A stretch of DNA of 64,000 nt from a virus, in the IMG/VR virus record IMGVR_UViG_3300035703_000025, positions 32,001-96,000 of that record, one strand, 5' to 3'. The translations under genes and the position numbers were made by a program. The notes under the pieces were generated by a model. It had not been told where the DNA came from, searched no databases, and saw only the letters and a list, made by a program, of their open reading frames with translations. Position 1 is the stretch's first letter. Each line of letters begins with the position of its first letter. Below, in pieces: positions 25,345 through 34,600 of this stretch.

Positions 25345-25872
25345 ATGCCAACAGTAAACAGCTGGACAGACGTTTTGCCAGAAAGATTGCGCTATTATAT
25401 AGGCGACTTAGATTCGCCACAGCGATATACTGACGCAATACTTGAAAGTTTTATTACTCTCGCTGCAGCAGCCGTAGTCACAGAAGTCAAGCTAATAAAC
25501 AACACTTTTACTATAGATACAGCAAACAATACAATATCACCAGATCCAATAATTAGCGGTGATGTAGATCCTGGCATTCCAGCGCTTTTTGTTTTTAAGG
25601 CAGGAGCAATTCTTGCAATGTCTGAAGTAAGAAGAGACGCTGCCAAATACGGTGTAAAAATTCGTGATGACGTTACTTCTTATGATGGAACTGCTGCGTT
25701 AAAAGTTCGTGGCGATTCGTACAAATTTTATCTTGAAAATTACGAAAAGGCACGATGGGCTTGGGAAAGAGGAAACAGAGCAACACTCAAGGCTATATTT
25801 GGCGCATACGAAAGCGCAAATATTGGTCAAACAAGCGTCGATTTCTACTGGCCAACAGTTCATAGGAGATAA
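25345..25872 (+). CDS. head-tail adaptor protein (putative)
   Basis: LRYYIGDLDSPQRYTDAILESFI resembles neck adaptor N-termini; synteny. Confidence 0.6.
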   Translation: MPTVNSWTDVLPERLRYYIGDLDSPQRYTDAILESFITLAAAAVVTEVKLINNTFTIDTANNTISPDPIISGDVDPGIPALFVFKAGAILAMSEVRRDAAKYGVKIRDDVTSYDGTAALKVRGDSYKFYLENYEKARWAWERGNRATLKAIFGAYESANIGQTSVDFYWPTVHRR

Positions 25873-25874
25873 AA

Positions 25875-26405
25875 ATGGGAACCCTGTCAAGTTCAGAATT
25901 AAGCGCAATAAAATCAGAATGGCGCAGTATAGCAACTGACTTGACTGACAGCTTTGGTCTTTCTTGCAAGCTTATTTTTGCACATGCGGTTGAGGCCACG
26001 CCAGCTGTTTCACAAGATCCAATTGGTAAAAAAGAAGCCTACATGCCGTCTTTTGGGGGTAGATCGAACCCAAGACTTGTGCCAGGTATTAGTTTAGCCA
26101 ACCTTCCTGTTTCTCCAACTGGTTTGAAGATACAGGAAAACACAAAAACAATAACCGCTAGAGTTTATGGAGCCAACAAAGAGTTTAAAGAGCTAAATCC
26201 AGCAGCTGGCATATCTGAAAACGTCTGGAAAATGATATGCGCAAAAGAGTATTCCCCAGACCTACTAAGGTGCACAGACGCTGTATTTGACGCCTCTTTT
26301 AAGGGCAGAGAAATAAAAGTAAAACTAATTATGGCTCCTGTCCCGTATGGCCTTGGTGGATATCATCAAGTTAAGACATACTGGGTGGAGACATCAAATG
26401 GCTAA
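25875..26405 (+). CDS. head closure/neck protein (putative)
   Basis: Synteny, size, C-terminal PVPYGLG..VKTYW. Confidence 0.5.
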   Translation: MGTLSSSELSAIKSEWRSIATDLTDSFGLSCKLIFAHAVEATPAVSQDPIGKKEAYMPSFGGRSNPRLVPGISLANLPVSPTGLKIQENTKTITARVYGANKEFKELNPAAGISENVWKMICAKEYSPDLLRCTDAVFDASFKGREIKVKLIMAPVPYGLGGYHQVKTYWVETSNG

Positions 26406-27381
26406 ACCCGCCAAAGTCAGCACTACATTTCTAATACTTGATCAAACTGAGTACTCTTCTGCAATCAAGCAGCTCGAAAAAGACTTAAAGGGCCTTGGTG
26501 CAATATCAAGATTGATGAAGAGGGCTGTTAGTGTAGCCGCAAAGAAAACAGCTGCGTTTTTAGCAGACAGATTTCGCCAACACGTTATTAATGACCCAAA
26601 TATAAAACAGGCAATGACTGACTTAGAGCTTAGAGGCGCGCTTGGTTTAAGAAAAGATACCAAGGTTGAAGATTTGATCTTTAAAAAATCTAGAGCCTTT
26701 TTTAAGGTCGAAATAAACCAAAACGGATCAGATGGCACAGTAAGATTCAAAAACCAAACAGACCTCGACAAGATAGCGTCTTCTATATTTTACATCTCAA
26801 AAAAAACATTCTTAAACCCGTATTCAGACACAAAGGTTAAAAAATCAACATCACAAAAAATTAATTGGTTTGAGTGGCTATTAAGGCCATCAACTGGTAA
26901 CATTCAGGGCTTTAGTGTTTGGCCTGGTGTAAACGGAAATGAAAAACTAAACCCGAAACTAGAACCGCTTAAAGACACAATCAAGGCAAATATAGCAAAG
27001 CGCTCTAGGAGCGGAACGCACACAATGCTTTTTGGTGGTTCTTTTTCTATAAAGTCTTGGGTAAAAAGAAAAAGAGACGTAGATATCGATAAAGAGTTTA
27101 TTAGAACAATTAATGATGATGCTCGTGATTATTTTCGTGTTGCTTTACGCGAGCAAGTGCTAAAATACGGAGCCTATAAAAAGGGAGAGATTTCAGAAGG
27201 TCGCGCTGGTCCAATTTCCCAAAGAGCATCAAAAGAAGCTAGCCCAGAGGCTAAGGCTTCAGCAAGGGAGCTTGCAGAGAAAATAGTAGAAGCCGCGCAA
27301 AGGGGAGAAAAAACATTTATGGGTAAACCAATACAGGATCTTTTAAAGATCGTTAGTCAGATAGGGGGTTTGAGAATTTAA
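26398..27381 (+). CDS. basic neck/tail-completion protein (putative)
   Basis: ATG 26398 after GGAG; INWFEWLL motif; synteny. Confidence 0.5.
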   Translation: MAKPAKVSTTFLILDQTEYSSAIKQLEKDLKGLGAISRLMKRAVSVAAKKTAAFLADRFRQHVINDPNIKQAMTDLELRGALGLRKDTKVEDLIFKKSRAFFKVEINQNGSDGTVRFKNQTDLDKIASSIFYISKKTFLNPYSDTKVKKSTSQKINWFEWLLRPSTGNIQGFSVWPGVNGNEKLNPKLEPLKDTIKANIAKRSRSGTHTMLFGGSFSIKSWVKRKRDVDIDKEFIRTINDDARDYFRVALREQVLKYGAYKKGEISEGRAGPISQRASKEASPEAKASARELAEKIVEAAQRGEKTFMGKPIQDLLKIVSQIGGLRI

Positions 27382-28319
27382 TGTTTAGAAACTTAACATA
27401 CCTTGGCCAATACAGTAATCGTGCACAGATACGAGAAAATCTTACATGGAGATTACGTGAGGCTTTTATAAACATTGGCGCTTATTACAACATAGAATCT
27501 GGCGTAAAATCTTTTGACGGAAGCGAGATGGGTGTTTTAAAACCGTCTTACAGACCAGAGCTTCACAACTCTTCTGGATTTAAGTTTTGGCAAGGCCTTA
27601 GCTCTGATTGGGTCTGGGAAAACGCATCGCCAACTTACACTGGAGGTACAAATCCAATACAGGTAAGTGGTATATTTATTAATGATGTTTTTTATCCAAC
27701 AGGAACTACTGGAATTTACGAATACTACGTTGATTACGCAAGAGGCGGTATAGTTTTTGCTAACGCACTTACAGAAAGCGGGAACGTAATCTACTGCAAT
27801 AGATCTGAAAGGGCAATATTTGTATATCCAACAAAGTCTAGTCAATACAAAATGCTTTTTACGGAGCATCTTAAAAGGTTTGAAAACTATACCCCAGGAT
27901 CAGGGGTTGACTCTGTTCCAAATGAACTTAGATCATTTATGCCAGCTGTTTTTATTGATGTCTCACAGTCAAACGGGGATCCTTTCCAGCTTGGTGACAT
28001 AAATAAACTGCAAAACTTCAGCATTTCTCTTGATATTGTTTCTGAAGACCCAGGTCTTCACGACACTATTGTTGATGCAACGCTAGCCCTAGCTGGACAG
28101 GGCACAAAGATGTTTGACGTAAATAAAGCAATAGAAAACAGAAAATACCCTCTTGATCACAAGGGTCAAGTTGAAAATAGAATAAGTGCTGATCAAATGT
28201 ACGCACTGTATCCATGGAAAACTGGAAGATTTGATTATAATCCAACTGAAATAGAGGGTTATACCGCTCTTCCTATTTACAAATCTACTGTTGTGTTTGA
28301 TTTTGAAATAGTTACTTAA
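27381..28319 (+). CDS. tail terminator-like structural protein (putative)
   Basis: Precedes the major tail protein; MPAVFIDV..PFQLG..ISLDIVSE pattern. Confidence 0.5.
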   Translation: MFRNLTYLGQYSNRAQIRENLTWRLREAFINIGAYYNIESGVKSFDGSEMGVLKPSYRPELHNSSGFKFWQGLSSDWVWENASPTYTGGTNPIQVSGIFINDVFYPTGTTGIYEYYVDYARGGIVFANALTESGNVIYCNRSERAIFVYPTKSSQYKMLFTEHLKRFENYTPGSGVDSVPNELRSFMPAVFIDVSQSNGDPFQLGDINKLQNFSISLDIVSEDPGLHDTIVDATLALAGQGTKMFDVNKAIENRKYPLDHKGQVENRISADQMYALYPWKTGRFDYNPTEIEGYTALPIYKSTVVFDFEIVT

Positions 28320-28321
28320 TT

Positions 28322-28327
28322 GTGTAT
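28322..28327 (+). promoter_or_regulatory. GTGTAT late promoter motif
   Basis: GGAG SD downstream; ATG 28352. Confidence 0.65.
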
Positions 28328-28351
28328 TATCAAACGGAGACTAAAACTTAA

Positions 28352-29509
28352 ATGGCTGACAACAAAAGACTATATTACGCAGCATACGGGGTTGGTATTG
28401 CAAGAAATACTGCAACTGGCATAGTTGGCTATACAACTGGCTGGATTCCCGTAAGCGGCCTTCAAAGTGTTGGTATAGACACAAGCTTTAATCTAGATAC
28501 CGTTTTCCAACTTGGTGAGCTTGAGCTTTTTGATCAGCCAGAAAATCTTCCGGCTGTAGAATGCACAATGGAGCAAGTTCTCTGCGGCGCAACCCTGCTT
28601 TCTTCTCTTGGAACACAGGGTGCGACAACCGGTACTCTAGTTGGCCGCTTCTCTAACGAGCAGTGCAACATCGCCGTTGGCTTCTGGGAAGACACAGTTA
28701 CTGTAATGGGCACAGGAACTGGATACGCTGCACTACCAAGCGGTACTTGCATCATGAGCGGCATGTACGTAAACTCCATCAACTTTAATTTGCCCGTTGA
28801 CGGAAACTTCACCCATAGCGTCACCTTTGTTGGTAATAACAAGCTTTGGACGCTCGGAACAGGTGTAGCTGGTGGAGCAGCAACCGGATTTTTCAATCCA
28901 AACAACTTTGGCGCTGATATCGACTCCACTGGAGTTCGCAGAAGATACAACTGGAACCCAACTGGCTCAATTCTTCCACGAAGCCTTGCTGGTGTAAGAC
29001 CAATAGCAGCAGCGACTGGAACACTACCAGCTTCTGGCCAAAGCGCAACTGGTGAAGACGGTGGATACTTGCCAAGAATACAGTCCATACAGATTTCTAC
29101 AGACTTTGGTCGCCCAGAGATCTTCCAGCTCGGTCGTCGTGCTCCATATGCGCGTTACATTGACTTCCCAGTCGAAGTAACTACAACTTTTGAAATTATC
29201 AACCGCGCTGGCGATAGGGTGTCTGCGCTAGATAACACCGCAAACTTGACAAACGAGCCAATTATCATTGGTCTGAATGACGGCACTCTTTTTGATATGG
29301 GTCTTAAGAATAAGCTTACATCAGTTTCTGATACTGGTGGCGATACTGGTGGTGGTAACAGAACAACAACTTATACCTACACTAGCTACAACACCCTCTA
29401 CATTAGAGACCCCAAAGACATTGCTGGCGCAGCAATTACAGGCCAGCTGCTTTCGACTGGTGGAGCAAACGTTGGCGTTGCAGGCGCGTTCTCAGGACCA
29501 CCAACCTAA
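28352..29509 (+). CDS. major tail (tube) protein
   Basis: Own promoter and terminator; internal duplication (GLQSVGIDTSFNLDTVFQLG / RIQSIQISTDFGRPEIFQLG); upstream of chaperones and TMP. Confidence 0.7.
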   Translation: MADNKRLYYAAYGVGIARNTATGIVGYTTGWIPVSGLQSVGIDTSFNLDTVFQLGELELFDQPENLPAVECTMEQVLCGATLLSSLGTQGATTGTLVGRFSNEQCNIAVGFWEDTVTVMGTGTGYAALPSGTCIMSGMYVNSINFNLPVDGNFTHSVTFVGNNKLWTLGTGVAGGAATGFFNPNNFGADIDSTGVRRRYNWNPTGSILPRSLAGVRPIAAATGTLPASGQSATGEDGGYLPRIQSIQISTDFGRPEIFQLGRRAPYARYIDFPVEVTTTFEIINRAGDRVSALDNTANLTNEPIIIGLNDGTLFDMGLKNKLTSVSDTGGDTGGGNRTTTYTYTSYNTLYIRDPKDIAGAAITGQLLSTGGANVGVAGAFSGPPT

Positions 29510-29530
29510 TCTTAGTTTTAGTACTAAAGA

Positions 29531-29558
29531 AAGACCCGACCGAAAGGCCGGGTTTTTT
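29531..29558 (+). terminator. intrinsic terminator
   Basis: GACCCGACC-GAAA-GGCCGGGTT followed by TTTT. Confidence 0.8.
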
Positions 29559-29571
29559 CTATACTATACTA

Positions 29572-30609
29572 GTGATATCCGACTCCTTGGTTTACTCAAT
29601 AATATCCGGTGAATTTTGTATTCATTGCGGTGACAAACAATACGTATTTAGACAGCCAGGAATAATTACTTCTTCAAGGATTTATAACTCATCCAATATA
29701 AATGAAAACCGCTTCAAGAAAGACGGTTTTTTATCTAGTGAAGAAGAAAAAGAGCTGCTATACAAGCACGGCCTTTGGAGTGATGATTTAGAAAAAGAGT
29801 TTGAAAACACAAAAACAATAATAAGAGAAATAACTAAATCACTACCAGAATTTGAGTACAAGACGATAGAAAAAAACATGCTTGTCTCTAGAAAAAAAAT
29901 GGCAGAGACAAAGCTTAAAGAGCTTCTTGAATTAAAGATGTCTTTCTTTACGCAGACAATAGATTATCAACTGAAAAAATATCAAGCCTCTTCTATTTTG
30001 CCGTATTCAATATACTTTAATGGTGCGCTTTTGTGGAAAGACCAAAAAGAATTTGATGAAGAAATGAGTGCAGATTTAATTAATTGCCTTACTGGCGAAA
30101 TCCTTAAAGACTTCTACTCAGAGAAAGAAATACGAAAAATTGCTAGATCCGAGCCGTGGAGATCAATATGGAAAACATATAGTAATTCTGGCGGCGATTT
30201 ATTTGGTAGACCCCTTGCAGACATGGCTAAGTCGCAAAGGGATTTGACTTATTGGTCAAACATATACGATAATGTATTTGAGAGTCACGAAAGACCAGAT
30301 TGGTCAGTAATAGACGACGATGAGGCGCTAGACAAGTGGTTTGAAGAACAGTACAACAAAACAAACAAAAAGAAAACGGCATTTACAACAAACCCAAAAA
30401 TAGCAGCAGCAAAAGAAGTATTTATAGTTGCACAAACGCCCCAGGACGCACAAAAAGTGTATTCATCAATGAATACCCCTCTTGGTCTCGCTAGTATACA
30501 AAGCAGAAACAGGAAATTAGAGACGAAGGGGGCAATAAAGGAACATGAGCTGCCCGATGTGCAGGTTGATATTCAAATTCAACAGAACAACTTGAAGGTT
30601 AAAAAATGA
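29572..30609 (+). CDS. tail assembly chaperone-like protein
   Basis: Between tube and TMP; WSNIYDNVFESHERPDWSVIDDDEALDKW; TATACT 29560-29565 is 6 nt before GTG. Confidence 0.55.
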   Translation: MISDSLVYSIISGEFCIHCGDKQYVFRQPGIITSSRIYNSSNINENRFKKDGFLSSEEEKELLYKHGLWSDDLEKEFENTKTIIREITKSLPEFEYKTIEKNMLVSRKKMAETKLKELLELKMSFFTQTIDYQLKKYQASSILPYSIYFNGALLWKDQKEFDEEMSADLINCLTGEILKDFYSEKEIRKIARSEPWRSIWKTYSNSGGDLFGRPLADMAKSQRDLTYWSNIYDNVFESHERPDWSVIDDDEALDKWFEEQYNKTNKKKTAFTTNPKIAAAKEVFIVAQTPQDAQKVYSSMNTPLGLASIQSRNRKLETKGAIKEHELPDVQVDIQIQQNNLKVKK

Positions 30610-30983
30610 ATTACAAAGAGGCTCGTGAACGGCTTCGCTTAATACAACAGCAAAAACTCCAAGAGGTAAACGAGCAAAAGTGTTCAGAAATACTGCAAAA
30701 AATCGCTTGCTCAAGAATGGAAACCGTTTTTGTTGGCGCTGTTTCAAAAATAGAGCATTTCTTTGGTTCTCTTTGGGGTGAGCTAGAAGGCGTAGACGAA
30801 TCTAAGATGACATCAGATCAGAAAAAGTGGTTTAATAAATTTCTTGATCTACGAGAGGCAATATTTGACCAAGGCAACACTGAAAAAAACAGAATAACAA
30901 AAGACATTAATAACTTTAAAATTTCTCTAAAAGAAACTAAAATACAACTAGGACAACAAAATGGAAGAAGTAAGAAAATTTGA
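30606..30983 (+). CDS. hypothetical helical protein
   Basis: ATGA overlap with the previous gene. Confidence 0.65.
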   Translation: MNYKEARERLRLIQQQKLQEVNEQKCSEILQKIACSRMETVFVGAVSKIEHFFGSLWGELEGVDESKMTSDQKKWFNKFLDLREAIFDQGNTEKNRITKDINNFKISLKETKIQLGQQNGRSKKI

Positions 30984-31626
30984 ATTTGAAGGCGCGCATT
31001 ACAGAATAATTAAGCCCACCAACAAAATAAGAAGAGAAAGCGATGCGATATACGCGAGAGCTTATCGTGAAGCAATCGCAAACGGTCTTTTTTTAGAGGC
31101 AGAAGTTGAAAAAATACTTAAAGAGCGTGGGCTTGACAGATATTCTCGTGAAGGCGAGAGAAAAGAATCCCAAGCGAAAATAGATAGACTTCTGGATAAG
31201 CTTGAAAAAACTGAAAAGAAATCCGATGGAATGAAGATCGTAGAAGAAATACGATCAGAGCGTAAGGCTATGGACGAAGTTGACAGCGCAAGATATGAGT
31301 TAAACTCACAATCCGCGACACTGTTCGCTGAAAACAGAAGATTTAACTACTATGCTTTTGCCTGCTGCTCTAGAGAAGACGGCACAAAAATATGGTCATC
31401 CTTCAAGGAGTTTGAGGACGATGATTCGCCGCTCGCAAACAGAGCCGCCTCTGAAATAATGTCCTTTATCTATGAGGGTACACAAGAAATCCTGAGACAG
31501 ATTGAAAAGCTTAGACCTGAAAATGAATGGCTAGAAAAACACGGTGAAGAAACACAAAATCCACCAGTTGTAGATAAGGCCACTAGCGAAGAAAAACCAA
31601 AGAAGAAAAAGACCTCAGTAAAATAA
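30961..31626 (+). CDS. tail assembly chaperone-like protein
   Basis: Resembles the N-terminal half of 29572..30609 (GLFLEAEVEKILKERGL vs GFLSSEEEKELLYKHGL); precedes the TMP. Confidence 0.55.
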   Translation: MEEVRKFEFEGAHYRIIKPTNKIRRESDAIYARAYREAIANGLFLEAEVEKILKERGLDRYSREGERKESQAKIDRLLDKLEKTEKKSDGMKIVEEIRSERKAMDEVDSARYELNSQSATLFAENRRFNYYAFACCSREDGTKIWSSFKEFEDDDSPLANRAASEIMSFIYEGTQEILRQIEKLRPENEWLEKHGEETQNPPVVDKATSEEKPKKKKTSVK

Positions 31627-31636
31627 GGCGACTCTA

Positions 31637-31642
31637 GTGTAT
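31637..31642 (+). promoter_or_regulatory. GTGTAT late promoter motif
   Basis: GAGGA SD; GTG 31662. Confidence 0.65.
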
Positions 31643-31661
31643 TTAATCTAGAGGACGCAAA

Positions 31662-34600
31662 GTGGCAGAGGACTTCTTTTTAAGGTTTGGCGCGCTTGTC
31701 AACACAATTAATGTAAATAAGTCTGCTGTTTCGCAAGCGGCAAAGGCTATACAGAGCGCCCTTAATCAAAGGGCTGCTGTTGATGTTGCTGTAAATTTTA
31801 GCCCAGGAGACGCAACCGAGCTTTTTGGCCAGATATCAAAAGTAGCAGACCAGGCAAGAAAGATCATAAATGATCCGAAACTGAAAGTTGGCGCAGCTGG
31901 TTCAAGGGACGTAGAGGGTCTTTTCAAATCAGTTAACGCCCTTAAGGGCGCTTCTGCTGGCGCAAGAGAAGCGATAAGATTAATTCAGCTAAACCCAAAG
32001 ACCTTCAAGGATTCTCAGGATCTTGTTACTCTTTTTCAGTTTTTAAGCGAAGAAATAAAAGTATTGCAGCGCGATGCAAAGCGGGCAATAAAGCTTGAGT
32101 TTGACACAGAAGCAATAGACAAGGCCTTGGAAAAAACAGAAACCCTAAAAACAAGACTAGCAACTAGACAACAGGTTCTTGGTTCTTCAATAGGGCAATT
32201 TATTAGAGCGCGCTCTGCTCAGGAAGAGCAGCGCGCACAGCTAGACCCTTCTTATGTCGCAAAAACAAGACAGGACATAAGATCTGAAGCTTTAAGCCTA
32301 TTTGATCCAGGCTCAGTAAACACGCTGCGTGAAGCAAATGATCTGATAAATAAAGTTCGTGGTGAAACGCAAAAAATATCTGCAGAAAACTTTAACACAT
32401 CAAAGGCTGTTAAAGACGCAAACGCTGCTTACAAGATAAGAGAGGCGAACGCAAACAAGATTTATAGCGTAGAGCAGGCCATCAAGAAAACAGTAGATGA
32501 GCAGGTCAAAGCAGAAGCGGCTAAGGCTGCAACAGCGGCAAAATCAGGAACATTTTACAAAGCAAGATCTGCCTCAGAAATAGAGAGAGACATAAGGTCT
32601 AGACCAGAAGTCGCAGCATTGCTGTCTGGTGGCGGTAAAATAGCGCCGCTAGACAGAAGGCGGGTTGAAGACACAATAAAAGCAGAAGGTGTTGCTGCTA
32701 AAAAGGAAGCCAAAGACCTTACAGATAAATTAACAGCAAAAGAAAAAGAACGAAGCAAGGCGATACTTGACCAGTTAAGATTTCGTGAATCCCTAAGAGG
32801 ATTGATCGAAAAAGAAATTGCGCTTGAGCAAAAGCTTGTTGAGCTTGACAAGTTAAAGGGCAGAAGTAGGGCTTCGAGATCAAGAGCTGATATAGCTGCA
32901 AGCGTTGAAGGGCGATTTGGAATTATTGCGCCTGGGGCTGCTCCAGCCACCCAGGCAGACATAATAACGGCAAACGCGGAAAGAGCAACATTTGCAAGAA
33001 GTCAAGCCGAGCGCGAAAAGCTTGTCAGTAAAGAAATTTCACAAAGACAGGCAGTTCTTGAAGAAGAGGCTAAAAAGAGACAAAAAATAAGAGATCGTGT
33101 TCGTGAAACTTACGACGCTCTTGTAAAACTAAACAACGAGGTTGCTAGAAAAGCTGGTCCTGGATACACAAAATTAAGCAATGCTGAGCTTGCAAAACAA
33201 GCGCTTGAGGTAAACAAGCTTACTGGTGTCAATATTTCAAGCCTAACTGGGGCTTCACTTGAGGGTGCGCTTGGAAGAACCACAAAAGCGTCAAAAGACG
33301 CAAAAAACGCGCTTCGTGAATTTAATCAAGCGCTTAGAGATGTTGAGGGTGGAAGACAAAGCGTTCTTCAATTCACGGCTAGATTTGGAAACAGCTTTGA
33401 GAGACTCGGGGCACAAGTAACAATTGCTACTCAAAGAATTGCAGCCTATGTAATAGGCGCGTCTGGAATATATGGTACAGTTTCTTTCATAAGAAACTCC
33501 ACTAGTGAATTCTTTAAACTTGAGCAGCAGCTTACTAAAGTACGGCAGGTGCTTGGTGACACGACAGAAAATAACGGAAAGATAAAAGAGCTTTCAGGCT
33601 TCATAAAGAACCTAGGCACATCTCTTGGAATAGCCCCTAGTGAAATCGCTAGTGGTGTCGCATTGCTTGCTCAGGCTGGCTTCACAAACGTATCAGAGCT
33701 TAAAGGAGCCATAGAAGCAATATCCCAGGCTAGACTTGGCCCATCGTTTGGTTCCCAAGAGCAAACAGTTGACGGTCTTATTGCCGTTTATAGGCAATTT
33801 AACTTAACGCTTTCGGATACTAAAAACATATTAGATCTTGTAAACCAGTTCTCTAAAGACTATGCAGTAGAGTCACAAGATCTTTTTGAAATAGTTAAGC
33901 GTGGCGGTTCTGCATTTGCTGAGCTTGGCGGAAACTTCCAAGAGTTTCTCGGCATATCCTCTGCGCTTAGGCAGCAGACTAGAGAATCCGCCTCTGTTAT
34001 CGGTACATCGCTAAAGACAATAACAACGTCTTTATTCAAGCCAAAGTTTGAAAAATTTATAGGCGGTATCGACCCAAAAATACTTCAAGAGCTTAACCCG
34101 TCTAGAAGACTTCAGGCAGTGGCAAATCTTTTCCAGACTAGATTTGGAACAGAGTCTGAAAAAGTCTCTGCTATATCGCAATTTGTAGACGTAAGAAACG
34201 CATCAAGGGTGCTTGCTCTTTTTGAGGCTCTAAACTCACAGGCTGAAAACTTAAGACAAACAACAGAGAAAGCCGCTGGATCAGTTCTTCGTGATGCTCA
34301 GACGCAGCTAGAAACTGTTGGAAAGTCGATAGAGAGAGCTAGAATTTCTCTGCAAGAAGCTGCAGTTGGTCTTGTTGATAACCCGTTTATAAGAGAAGTA
34401 TTTAAGTCTGGCGCAAATCTAGTTAGCGGAGCAATAGCGCCAACTCTTGGCGCAATAGCGCCTGTTGCTGCGCCTGCAGGTTTTGCAGTAGCAATTTATG
34501 CTCTAGTAAACATCATAAAGTCTTCTATTGTTACGTACCGAGCACTAATCACAAGCAGCCAAAGACTTACAACTGGACTCGATTCGGTTAATAGAACAAT

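Noticed and set aside
30457-30462. Additional internal GTGTAT before an in-frame ATG
   Set aside because: Spacing is only 6 nt and the product would be tiny; probably chance.
29572-31626. Programmed frameshift in the tail chaperones
   Set aside because: A-runs are common in this AT-rich region, and each ORF has its own plausible start.
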